A DNA stretch of 64,000 nt, taken from assembly GCA_044226015.1 (NCBI GenBank), contig JBGAHS010000007.1, positions 384,001 through 448,000 on the forward strand, written 5' to 3'. Origin of the DNA: Candidatus Obscuribacteraceae bacterium (GTDB lineage Bacteria > Cyanobacteriota > Vampirovibrionia > Obscuribacterales > Obscuribacteraceae). Position 1 is the first letter of the stretch; each line of letters begins with the position of its first letter. The position numbers and the translations under genes are program-made. The notes beneath the pieces were generated by a model. It was not told the origin of the DNA. It saw nothing but the letters and a program-made list of their open reading frames with translations, and made no database searches. Below are positions 49,155 through 59,275 of this stretch, in pieces.

Positions 49155-52100
49155 ATGACAACTCGTGGAAAGAAACTGGCAGCGAAAAAGGCAAGCAGAG
49201 CATTTGAAAAACCTGTGCTTCTAGCTATGTCAGGCGGATTGGTTCTAAGTGGATTCATGCAAGCCGCATTCGCAGAGACCTCTTACAATCTCAACTCCAC
49301 GAGTACTACAGTGAACTCAAGCAACCAGAACCCTGTTGTAATCAACATCGGTGGGGTGCGTCATAACATTTCTCCTGGATCGATGGTTACACCAGCTGAG
49401 ATGGTGGCAATAAATCAGGTACTTGGCACTGGCAAACAAACAATTGTTTTAGGTGCTCAAGGCAATGCCGTTGGTGGACGCATGAATGTTGGCGTGGACA
49501 TTGGTGCCTCACTGGGGAATCTAGCCGTTCCCCACAATGTCACTGCATTGGCAAACTTCAGCACCCAGAGCAACTTCAATTTAACTGGCGATTTATCCAA
49601 TGCAGGTCGCTTCTATGCTTACTCGAATAATTCGGCAGTCAATGCGGCCGTTATTAACGCAGCAAACATCTTCAACTTGCCTGGTGGAATCATAAGTTCA
49701 GTTGTACCAGGTTCGCTGCTGGGAATTACTGGTGCGGTTCATCCTCTGTCGCTGGTCATGAATACCAGCGGCGTAATCAATAATGCCGGACTCATCAGCA
49801 GCTCTGCTGGATTGACCATGAATGCAGCTGGCGGTATCGTTAATGCTCTTCCATCTGGAGTTACCGGCATTGCACCATCTATGGTGGCGGCAACAAATCT
49901 GACCATGCTTGCTTCAAACATAGTAAACAGCGGAATTATCAATGCCGTAGCCGGCAATATAAATGTTGCCACAGTCGTACCTGCTAACATTCAATTCAAC
50001 AACGCTAGGGGAATTCTTAGTGCGCTTAACGGGGCTATAAATATTCGGGACAATTCATTTGCAGGAAAAGAGAATTTCTCGCTTTTGGGCGGCGACGTTC
50101 TGTCGAATAGTCTGAATGTCTTCGAAGGCTGCGGTTCTGCCAATATTAATGTCAATAACCTGACAGGAATCGTCAATGTAGATGCCGGCGAGGCTCATGT
50201 CACCGCTTCCACGAGTAATCTTCAATTGGGCACCATGCGCATAACGGGTGACCCAACTTTCTTTAATCTGGCAGGCGATGTTCAACTCAACGGAGACATT
50301 TCGACTTCAGGAAATGCTCTGGCCATAGTTGCAAGCGGCGATATAACGAGTTCGAAGGCGAGTCTCACAATCGATACTTCGAGCGGTACTGCAGATTCTG
50401 GCGCTCTTATAATGGTGGCTGGAGCCAATGCGACTTTAGACCCTGTAGCAAACGCTGGACAAATTGACAATGACTCGACTTCGACTTTAACAATTCAGGG
50501 TCCATCCGCTAGCGGTGGAAGCATCGATTTAGGATCAACTGCAGTGACTGTATACACACTCGCGTCATCTTCATTTCAGCCCGGATCTGTGAAGTTGATC
50601 GCTTTCGCCGGTGCTAATCGCCTCACCGGGCGAGTCGATATGCCGAATTCTACTATTGATTCAAGTGGTGGACCAGTCTCAACATCAACGGGATCCGTCA
50701 CTGTACTGGCAGCTGCAAATAGCGGTACCGGGGTGAGTTTGAATTCAGTCAAAGCTAGTGGCGCCATCACGATTATGACGCAGGCTCCGAGTATCGCCGC
50801 AGACATAATTGATGGCGTTGTAACTGGAACAATTGAGAGCGGGAAATTCTCGAATTCTTCTGTGAGTGTAGGTAATCTAGAAACCGCTAACGGCGCTAAT
50901 TCCATTCTGATTTATGCTGGGCAAGATGTGACATTTAACTCAACTGATGTCAAAACTGATCAGGGCTCAGTTGGCGTCTTCGCAGGAAGGAACATTGGCT
51001 CGTCCACTCTCATTAATGTTACAAGCGTCGGCGTATCCGCTGGCTTGCCTGGGACAATAACTATGGCTGCGGGAGTCAAGGCAGGAGAGCCGCAGAGTTC
51101 TCCTGCCTTCGATGAGCTATATATTGATGGACCTTCTCTTTCCGGTGGTTCGATAAACCTGACTGCTCTCAAGTCGATGAATGCTTCTGGGGGAGGTTCG
51201 TCACCTATATTGCTTTTGGCGAATCAAGGACTGTCCTCAGGTTCGGGTCGAGTTCTTATGCCTCTGGCAACTGTATCTAGTGCTGATGTAAGCGGCGGTA
51301 ACCAAATTGCAATTATTGCGGGCTCTAAAACAGCAGGTTCTGACGCAATAACAATAGGCTCTTTGAACGCAAATGGTTCGACTGCGGCTAACTCAATGAC
51401 CACATACATCTTAACTGGGCAACAGAGTTCTCCAATTGATTACCTGACTTATCAGGACACAGCGCTTCCTGACGTTAACAGAAACGGTAAGGGCGACGTA
51501 AGTTTAGGTAATGTGACCGCTGGCAACGTGGATATTTTTTCAGGCGGGAAGGTGAATGCTGGAAAAATTACTGCATTTGAGGGCAAAGTTATGCTCACCG
51601 CCGGTGGTGTAGCAACGATTTCAGATATCGACGTTAGTTCTAGCAGTGTGGCAGCAGGCGAAATTGATATTTCTGTAGCTTCACTGAGCAACTCAGTTAA
51701 TTCAACCTTTAATGCCTCCGGATTTGGTGGCGGTATCATTAACATTGAAACCACGGACCAAACGCAACCTCTCGTATTTGGAACTGGTAGCAATCAGTTC
51801 AAGCTAGATGTGACTAACAATGATGTTGTTGGTGCTAGTCAGGTCACAATTAAAGCGGCAGGAAATCTAGTTATCGATGCTAATACTTTTGTGGCCACCT
51901 CAAAAGGTGATGGTGCAACGCTAGACCTGAGTGCTGGAAATCGTGGGCAGGGCTTACTCTTAATCACAAATCCCCTCTCAGCCACTGGCGGAAATCCGGG
52001 TGGCACAGGAGGAACTGTCAAACTTTCTAGCAACAGTCCGACGCCTTTCAGCATAGGTGGATTCGTTTTCACCAACGGTGTTGCTGCTGTTAATACTAGG

Positions 52101-55100
52101 GGGGGGGCATTCGCCGGTCAGATCATTATCGATGCAAATGGTGCTGGCGGTATAAAGCTCGATAAGGGGTCTGTATTGTCAATTTCTGATGGTACCGTAG
52201 GTGGTGGTTCTATTATCGTTACAACGCCAAGCACATTTGAAACCTCTTCATCATCACAAATCGTCGATGCCACTGGCAATCAGAATATGATTAAGTTCAC
52301 TGCTGGCAACTTCAAGTCTGGGGGCAGCTCTGTACTTCTCGATACTGCTTCGGACGCAGTGGGCGCATCTGGAGGCAACATATTCCTTGAGACCACTTCT
52401 ACTAAAGCCGGTGAAGGGTCTATAACAATTGGCTCTTTTGATTTCATTTTGAATAGTACAGCGGCAGCAAATTTCAATGGTGGTGATGGTGGAAATGTGA
52501 CTATCACTGCTACTGGCAACATAACTGTTGATGGGACTTTCGCGTCCTTGAAAGGTGGCGCTATTAGCGGTAGTACCGGCACCCTGACCTTGAAGGCTGG
52601 AATGAATCCGACTGGTCTTGCTAATGTTCTTGTCACCGGTACTCTCGATTTGAGTTCGATAAATGGTAAAGGTGGCTCTGTTTTCATTGAAAGTGGAACT
52701 AAGACACCTTTTCTTTTATCTTCAAACCCGACGGCAAGCGGATTCCAGGGAAGCACTGTAACCGTGTCTGGTAAGTCCGCAGCGGGCACTATTTCCATTC
52801 TCAATCGCAATGGCGCAATCACAGTGGAAAAAGGCTTTGTGCTAGATTTCGGAACATCAGGTGACGGTGGACATCTTGCCCTGGAGGCAAAGCTTGGCGA
52901 TATTAAGGTAACTGATACCATTAATGTCGAGGGGTCTGCTGGCACAGGTGGCAGTGCCTCTCTAATCGCGCGAGCAGGTAATGTCATTGTTCCAGGAAAT
53001 ATTTTTGCTTCTGGGTTCGCAGGTAACGGTGGCTCTGTAACTCTGATATCTAACAGCGCTTTGCCGTTTAACTTCACAAATGTCGCGCCGAAAAACGGTG
53101 TGCAATTTCCGATTGAAGTAAGCGGAGATTCTGCTGGCTCAATTTATGTAGAGAATCTCGGTAAGGGCGGTGTGTTTGTTAATGGTGGGGCATTCGTATT
53201 TGCAGCAAGTAAGGGAGACGGCGCCAAAATAGCCGTTAAGGCTACTGGAGGTGGCAACGCAACGGTACAGGCAGGTCTTGATGTAAGCTCAAGCAATACT
53301 GTTGGCACGAATGGTGGCAGTGTCGATTTAGCTGCTCCGTTTGGAACCGTTTTTGCGGCTGCCGGAATAGACGCTTCTAGCAAGAGTGGAGGTAATGGCG
53401 GTTCAATTTCCATTCTATCTAATAGCAGCAAAGCTCTGGTAATTGACTCCAGCAATCCGTCCAATGGAGTTAATGGCGCTCTCAATGTAAATGGTGTCAA
53501 TGCCGGAAGCATTAGTCTCAGCAACAAAGGCGTTGGTGGTATCACTATGACCAACGCTTCCAATTTACAATTTGCTGCTTCCAATGGAGATGGTGCTCGT
53601 CTCTCGTTTGACGCCGGCACGGGTAACCTTTACCTCAATTTCAATCTCTTCGCTGATGCTTCTAGCAGCAGTAAGAATGCCGGGAAAATAAGCATTATCA
53701 CGAACAGCGCCAAGCCGTTTATAATTGGTAATTCAACTCTAACTCAGGCGCAAGCACCAAATTCAGTCAATGACCTGAGTGCAAATGGAAAATCAGGACA
53801 GATTCAAATCACCAATCTTGGAAAAGGTGGTATCACGGTTTCGCCAGGGGCACTAATTCAATCAAACGATGCCATTGGTGGGGTTGGTGATGGAGGCGCA
53901 ATCGCGCTAAACGCGCCTGCTGGTGTGATGAATTTGGCGAACAACGCAACTATCCAGGCGAAGGGGGAAACTAAGGGTGGAATCATTAGGTTCAACGCTC
54001 AATCCTATATCTTCCAAGGAACACTAGTTGGACTCAAGCTCGATGCAAGCGGGCTGGATTATGGCGGTGTGGTTTCTGTTTACAGCACTGCCGCAAATAA
54101 GGCTCTGTCTCTTGGTCCAAATATTGGCCAATTTGATATCGATGTTAGCAGTGCAAATGCGCCCTTTGGAGGTCCGGGTTCCATTACGGCCAGTTCTGGC
54201 GGAAATCTGACTGTTGAGGGCTTCTCTAACAATTCGCTAGCTACAAAGCACGATGGTGCTTACTTAAGTTTCACAGCTGGTGCCGCTGGACTTGGTAATT
54301 TACTTGTGCTATCTAAATTAGATGCATCTGGCGTAGGCGGTGGTTCCGGTGGCAATGTTACTTTGATTTCCAACAGCGCCACACCATTCGTAGTTGACAA
54401 TGCCGCCACCGTAAATGGTATTGTTGGAATAATCGATATTAGCGGCGTTAATGGTGGCTCTCTAGGTATTAAGAATAGTGGTGATCTAACTATTAAAGAT
54501 GGCTCGAGAATTAGTGCTAATGCTTCCGGGTTAGCGCTTCCTGTTACACCTGGCACTGGTGCTGCGCTCGATTTCGAATCAACGAAAGGTAATTTCAACC
54601 TCCTCTCCAGCGTTCAATCTCAGGGACCTGCTTCAACTGGCATCGGTGGTACCATCATTGTCAACGCCGTAAAGTATACGTCGGCTCCTGGCGCGATTCT
54701 TTCTATCGACGCTGGTTCGGGCGGCACACTGCGAATCAATCAAAGTGATTCCAAAACTCCTTTGACGGTGGGAGCGTCCGTAATCGTTGCAAATCAGGTT
54801 GATTTTAAGGCAAGCTCGACATCAAATGTGGTGCTATCTGCAGTCAAGGGGATTGTGTTCAACAACAGTACAAGTAGCACACCCGGAACTCTAACTCTCA
54901 ATATTCTCGGTACCGCGGGTGGCAGTATCACAACGGTGGCTACCGGAGCTGTAGCTGCTGGCAAACTGATCATGAATGTAGGAACTGGAAACATTGGCTC
55001 TCTTACTGTCTCAAAGCCCATAGTGCCTGTACCGCTTTTGACTAGTGTTTCTGAATTGACCATAAAGACTTCAGGAAATGTGTACCTACAAAATAGCAAT

Positions 55101-58100
55101 CTCTCTATGGCTGTTCATGATATTAATCAGAATGCAGTCGGTAAAAATGTTGAGTTGTCTTCAAATGCCGATATAGACATTCAGGGAACAATATTGTCGA
55201 AGGGCAGTGTTGCTGTCACTCATACATCAACAGGTGCAATTTTCATAAATGGGTCTATTTTTGCTCCAAGTACCAGTCTGAAAGCAAATAATGGCTTCAT
55301 TGCTGGTAGTGGCGAAATTGGACAGGCTAACTCCACCGTAACCCTTGAAGCCAATCAGATCGGTGCCGTTTTCACACCGATTGTTACCTTAACTCCATCG
55401 TTAACACTGAATGGCAACACTAATACTGATGCTTATGTGACTAACATTGGAACCATAAAATCATTGAATGTGAGCGGACTTTCCTCTCTTCATTTGAATG
55501 TCGATGGCTCGATCAACACCAGTAGTGTTATAAGCGCAAATGGTGATGTGAGCCTCAGTACATTCGGCTCTGGTGGTGGTGGCATAATTGTTAACAACAA
55601 TATTACTGGGGGTGATGTTAGCCTATCCACCCAGTTCAGCGGCAGCATTTACGTTCTTCCTTCCGCCTCGATAACCGGCGTGAAATCTGTATCTCTTTCG
55701 AGCATCTACGGAAATATTGGAACCGTAAGCACTCCTGTGAAAGTTGTTTGCAATACCGGCGCTGTTGCGTTTAACACGGGGGGAGCAGGCACAGTAAATG
55801 TGGCGCTGACAAACACGAATGTGGTTAACGTCAATAAGAGTACATCTGGTGGTGATTTCAAGCTGACCTCCTCCAGCGCGCTAAACATTGCGGGTGATCT
55901 CACAGCTAGAAGCGGCAGCATCACAATCATTTCTCAAGACGAAACCGATATTGCAAGTAATGTGCATTTGTTTGCTGGTGCTGGTGACATGTCACTTCAA
56001 GTAAATAATCCGGCTGGAGCAATAATTGTTGGCTCAAGTGCTTCGATCGTAGCTAACGGGAATGTGACATTACTGGTTGGAAAATTATCCACTCCTGGCA
56101 TCGGTTCAACACAGGGCAACATCGTTGTGACAGCAAACAGCCCATACAACGTGTTCTTCAACAATACCGATATAACAGCCAATATGCCTTCCAATAACCT
56201 TTCCGCCCTCGGAAATAATGTTATTCTCCAAGCCAACGGCGTCCCGAACATTACTTTGGATGGTGGCGTAGCTATTACTGCGAACGGCTCAGTAGCCAAA
56301 TTAGACAGCCTGGACCTCTCTAGTAAATCGGTTTCTGCTGTAATCAGCAAAGCCATCACTAATCCAAACTCTGGCATTAGTTCTCCAAATCTTGTGCTGT
56401 CTAATGGCGTTATCGTCAGTGGAGACCTTTTCATCACTAACTCAGTTAACTTGACTGGCTTAACTGGTCTAAATATTCCGGCCAAGGTAAAAGTGCATTT
56501 CGTTGATTTCGACAACACAAATCCCATCGGAGTTCAAATCGCTCCTGGGAAGAATCCAAATCCTATAGTAAATGGAAGTATCTCGTTCGAAAAAGGAGCT
56601 CAGCAAATTTCAGGAGATGCCCTGCTCTTTGTTAATTCTGAGGTGCCAGGAACGGTGTTCACCGCTGCCAAGACTTCTACGATCAGCAGTGACCAGAGTC
56701 TTTCGATGTTTGTTGGTGGTGACTCCAGTTTTGCGGGCGCAATCAATGCACCAGCGCTGGTGTCAGTGACTGGAACTGCTGGTAACAACTACAAGACCTC
56801 TGCCACCACTGGAACCTTAAGCGGCTCGATAAACTGGGCTGCTGCCGTTAACAACGGACCTACAGATGGGTTTGGGGCTACATTCTTATCTACCACCGCT
56901 GGCTTATACCTCACTGGCGGTTCGCTGCTGACTCATACATTGAGTTTGACTGCTAGCGGAACAAACAACATAACTCAAAAGAGTGGCACAATTAACGTGG
57001 GTAATCTACTGCTTGAGTCCGGTGAACTGGGCGCTAGTTTCAGTACTGCAAAAAATGCAGTTATTGCAAAGAACGCCGTTCTGAGTTCTGGTGACTCAGC
57101 TCTTGCAAATGTCTCTATCAATTTCTCCTCGCCAATAACTCTGGTTGGTGCTGATGTTGGTGGAACACTTCGTGTATTTGATGATGCAAAAGTTGCTGCC
57201 GGAGCTTCGATCATTCGTACAGCTGGTAGCGACGTTAATTGCGGAAGCTGTACATTCCTCACCAGTCATTTAACCGCCAACTCGAATATAAATGCGACTG
57301 GTCTGAATGGAACAATAAGCATCAGTCCAGCCAATGCTGCTGACGCTTTGACAGTGGATGGTGATAAGGCGATTCATGCAGTGGCTGGGCTGACAGTTAC
57401 TCAGACATCAAGCAAGGCTCCGATGACAATTATGGGTACGAATGACCCCGGGACCATCATCATTTTCATCGCTCTACCGAGTGGGCTTTCGCTGCTAACT
57501 GATAGCGGCACTTTGAACATCAATTCAAAAGGAGATGCGAATCTCACCGCGTTTTTCGGTGCTGGCATTCAGAATGGCTATTTTTCCGGCACAGTAAATC
57601 CTGACCAGATAGTTTCCTCTGGCAATGTAAAAATCGATGTCTCAGGGAAGTTGACATTTGGCACTCTGAACCCTATAGCTGCTGTTAATGGCACAAATAT
57701 AGTGAGCGCTGGTGGCAGCACTGTGGTGACAGGTTCCACCATTAATTTCACCGGTGGAAACAGTACCTTCACAGCGCTTGGAGCGAACCTTCAAATTCTG
57801 AGCAAAGGCAATATCGGTTCTGATACAATCGTGCCTAACGGATTTTTCGTTGCTGCTCAGGGAACCAATGCAACAAACAGCGTTGGTGGCGGATTGCAGA
57901 TCAGCGCAGGAACGCCAGCTAGCAGTTTAAATGCTGCGATGGCCTTGCCACCACAGACAAGACCACTCACGCCTCTGGGACCTTTCGTTAGTGACCAGAG
58001 CATCAATGGTGTGCTTAAAGTGAATAGGTTGGGAACCGGAATTGTTGATTTAGGCGCTGGTCCAATCAATTTGATTACAAATGGTGGCGCTATATTGTTC

Positions 58101-58265
58101 GATGCCTCATCTAAGCAATTGAGGTTGAATGGTGGCACATTCCGAACTGATGCATTCGCTCCAATAGGGTTCCAGTCATTGATTAAGAGTCAGTCGGCAG
58201 AAGTGGAAGAAGAAGTTGTAGTCAATTCTGACGATGGACTCGAAGACGATTTGCAGTCGCTCTAA
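49155..58265 (+). CDS. Giant-3: 3036-aa secreted Gly/Ser/Thr/Asn-rich (hemagglutinin-like) protein, paralog of Giant-2
   Basis: GAGG RBS. Signal peptide ends in AAFA. Shares collinear motifs with Giant-2 from the N-terminus (SYNL.S) to the C-terminus (DDGLE). Confidence 0.92.
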   Translation: MTTRGKKLAAKKASRAFEKPVLLAMSGGLVLSGFMQAAFAETSYNLNSTSTTVNSSNQNPVVINIGGVRHNISPGSMVTPAEMVAINQVLGTGKQTIVLGAQGNAVGGRMNVGVDIGASLGNLAVPHNVTALANFSTQSNFNLTGDLSNAGRFYAYSNNSAVNAAVINAANIFNLPGGIISSVVPGSLLGITGAVHPLSLVMNTSGVINNAGLISSSAGLTMNAAGGIVNALPSGVTGIAPSMVAATNLTMLASNIVNSGIINAVAGNINVATVVPANIQFNNARGILSALNGAINIRDNSFAGKENFSLLGGDVLSNSLNVFEGCGSANINVNNLTGIVNVDAGEAHVTASTSNLQLGTMRITGDPTFFNLAGDVQLNGDISTSGNALAIVASGDITSSKASLTIDTSSGTADSGALIMVAGANATLDPVANAGQIDNDSTSTLTIQGPSASGGSIDLGSTAVTVYTLASSSFQPGSVKLIAFAGANRLTGRVDMPNSTIDSSGGPVSTSTGSVTVLAAANSGTGVSLNSVKASGAITIMTQAPSIAADIIDGVVTGTIESGKFSNSSVSVGNLETANGANSILIYAGQDVTFNSTDVKTDQGSVGVFAGRNIGSSTLINVTSVGVSAGLPGTITMAAGVKAGEPQSSPAFDELYIDGPSLSGGSINLTALKSMNASGGGSSPILLLANQGLSSGSGRVLMPLATVSSADVSGGNQIAIIAGSKTAGSDAITIGSLNANGSTAANSMTTYILTGQQSSPIDYLTYQDTALPDVNRNGKGDVSLGNVTAGNVDIFSGGKVNAGKITAFEGKVMLTAGGVATISDIDVSSSSVAAGEIDISVASLSNSVNSTFNASGFGGGIINIETTDQTQPLVFGTGSNQFKLDVTNNDVVGASQVTIKAAGNLVIDANTFVATSKGDGATLDLSAGNRGQGLLLITNPLSATGGNPGGTGGTVKLSSNSPTPFSIGGFVFTNGVAAVNTRGGAFAGQIIIDANGAGGIKLDKGSVLSISDGTVGGGSIIVTTPSTFETSSSSQIVDATGNQNMIKFTAGNFKSGGSSVLLDTASDAVGASGGNIFLETTSTKAGEGSITIGSFDFILNSTAAANFNGGDGGNVTITATGNITVDGTFASLKGGAISGSTGTLTLKAGMNPTGLANVLVTGTLDLSSINGKGGSVFIESGTKTPFLLSSNPTASGFQGSTVTVSGKSAAGTISILNRNGAITVEKGFVLDFGTSGDGGHLALEAKLGDIKVTDTINVEGSAGTGGSASLIARAGNVIVPGNIFASGFAGNGGSVTLISNSALPFNFTNVAPKNGVQFPIEVSGDSAGSIYVENLGKGGVFVNGGAFVFAASKGDGAKIAVKATGGGNATVQAGLDVSSSNTVGTNGGSVDLAAPFGTVFAAAGIDASSKSGGNGGSISILSNSSKALVIDSSNPSNGVNGALNVNGVNAGSISLSNKGVGGITMTNASNLQFAASNGDGARLSFDAGTGNLYLNFNLFADASSSSKNAGKISIITNSAKPFIIGNSTLTQAQAPNSVNDLSANGKSGQIQITNLGKGGITVSPGALIQSNDAIGGVGDGGAIALNAPAGVMNLANNATIQAKGETKGGIIRFNAQSYIFQGTLVGLKLDASGLDYGGVVSVYSTAANKALSLGPNIGQFDIDVSSANAPFGGPGSITASSGGNLTVEGFSNNSLATKHDGAYLSFTAGAAGLGNLLVLSKLDASGVGGGSGGNVTLISNSATPFVVDNAATVNGIVGIIDISGVNGGSLGIKNSGDLTIKDGSRISANASGLALPVTPGTGAALDFESTKGNFNLLSSVQSQGPASTGIGGTIIVNAVKYTSAPGAILSIDAGSGGTLRINQSDSKTPLTVGASVIVANQVDFKASSTSNVVLSAVKGIVFNNSTSSTPGTLTLNILGTAGGSITTVATGAVAAGKLIMNVGTGNIGSLTVSKPIVPVPLLTSVSELTIKTSGNVYLQNSNLSMAVHDINQNAVGKNVELSSNADIDIQGTILSKGSVAVTHTSTGAIFINGSIFAPSTSLKANNGFIAGSGEIGQANSTVTLEANQIGAVFTPIVTLTPSLTLNGNTNTDAYVTNIGTIKSLNVSGLSSLHLNVDGSINTSSVISANGDVSLSTFGSGGGGIIVNNNITGGDVSLSTQFSGSIYVLPSASITGVKSVSLSSIYGNIGTVSTPVKVVCNTGAVAFNTGGAGTVNVALTNTNVVNVNKSTSGGDFKLTSSSALNIAGDLTARSGSITIISQDETDIASNVHLFAGAGDMSLQVNNPAGAIIVGSSASIVANGNVTLLVGKLSTPGIGSTQGNIVVTANSPYNVFFNNTDITANMPSNNLSALGNNVILQANGVPNITLDGGVAITANGSVAKLDSLDLSSKSVSAVISKAITNPNSGISSPNLVLSNGVIVSGDLFITNSVNLTGLTGLNIPAKVKVHFVDFDNTNPIGVQIAPGKNPNPIVNGSISFEKGAQQISGDALLFVNSEVPGTVFTAAKTSTISSDQSLSMFVGGDSSFAGAINAPALVSVTGTAGNNYKTSATTGTLSGSINWAAAVNNGPTDGFGATFLSTTAGLYLTGGSLLTHTLSLTASGTNNITQKSGTINVGNLLLESGELGASFSTAKNAVIAKNAVLSSGDSALANVSINFSSPITLVGADVGGTLRVFDDAKVAAGASIIRTAGSDVNCGSCTFLTSHLTANSNINATGLNGTISISPANAADALTVDGDKAIHAVAGLTVTQTSSKAPMTIMGTNDPGTIIIFIALPSGLSLLTDSGTLNINSKGDANLTAFFGAGIQNGYFSGTVNPDQIVSSGNVKIDVSGKLTFGTLNPIAAVNGTNIVSAGGSTVVTGSTINFTGGNSTFTALGANLQILSKGNIGSDTIVPNGFFVAAQGTNATNSVGGGLQISAGTPASSLNAAMALPPQTRPLTPLGPFVSDQSINGVLKVNRLGTGIVDLGAGPINLITNGGAILFDASSKQLRLNGGTFRTDAFAPIGFQSLIKSQSAEVEEEVVVNSDDGLEDDLQSL

Positions 58266-58292
58266 GCTCAAGGCGCCAAGCAAACCTAACCA

Positions 58293-58320
58293 GGTACCAT
58301 GGGGAAAACTTCATGGTACC
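58293..58320. terminator. 12-bp stem-loop between convergent genes
   Basis: GGTACCATGGGG-AAAA-CTTCATGGTACC with two G-U pairs on the + strand. No clear U-tract. Confidence 0.5.
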
Positions 58321-58336
58321 ATTCATTAGCTTGTGG

Positions 58337-59158
58337 CTAATTCTCTGGTATCAGCATGCTCAAGTTGTGAGCATTCAGGAATTTTACAAAGCTCTCCTTG
58401 AGATTCTTCCCTCTGAATGTGTTGACCACGCTAAATGGTTGGACCATTTCCTCTTCTACCGAGCACTTTTCTAACTCGGTGTTTACTCTCCCGTGTTGAC
58501 TAAAACCTTGAATAATGCAGTCACCACGTGCGATACCGTCTCCTACAGGAAAGTATCGGTCAAATTCTTCTTGTCTTGCCGTTCGAATTATCTTCCCCGT
58601 TTTGTCGTCAACATCAACATTGGTTGAACATATTTTGACGCAGTACTCTTTCTCATTCATGGTCACAGGCTCGTATCTGTTTATCATCTTGTATTGACTA
58701 TAGCCGTCCAACGAAATCTTCGTAATCTTAGGCCAGCTGACATGGTGCCAGATATTTCCATGCTTATCCTTCTGCATTCCATAGACGTGGTCAGCCTTAC
58801 TGATGGATTCGACATCACCATTTTGGGTGTGATTAATCTGTTTCTCCCGGTGAAAGTGTCCGGCTCGCCATGATGGAATTTTGTACCAGGTGTCTTCGTT
58901 ATCCTCGACGGGAAGCGTAACAGAGCTGAACAATTTGTGCGGCTTGAGTTCGGGTCCTACCGGGCTCACTGTTTCATCGAATTTTAGTCCGGCTGGAATT
59001 TTTGAATTCCCTTCTTCGTCCAGCATGGCATCACCAGCTAAGGGCGGTCTAGTATCGTGTTGAACAGTGCCCTTCAAAGGCTCTGCGCCGAGCGCAAAGT
59101 GCGCCTGCGAAAGTACTAATATCGCAACATAAGTCGGTGTAGAAAGGTGTTTTGTCAT
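58337..59158 (-). CDS. Exported hypothetical protein
   Basis: Hydrophobic N-terminal signal ending ALG, and 273 aa of globular composition. No family recognised. Confidence 0.75.
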   Translation of the reverse strand: MTKHLSTPTYVAILVLSQAHFALGAEPLKGTVQHDTRPPLAGDAMLDEEGNSKIPAGLKFDETVSPVGPELKPHKLFSSVTLPVEDNEDTWYKIPSWRAGHFHREKQINHTQNGDVESISKADHVYGMQKDKHGNIWHHVSWPKITKISLDGYSQYKMINRYEPVTMNEKEYCVKICSTNVDVDDKTGKIIRTARQEEFDRYFPVGDGIARGDCIIQGFSQHGRVNTELEKCSVEEEMVQPFSVVNTFRGKNLKESFVKFLNAHNLSMLIPEN

Positions 59159-59275
59159 GTCTTTTGCTGGCAGGTGGTTTCTAAGTAGCTTGAACTAGTG
59201 AATAATTTTATCACCTCGTTTATTATGGAGCTGTGACCGTACCTACGCCGGAAAATCGGTTTCGGAGGGGGAGAT

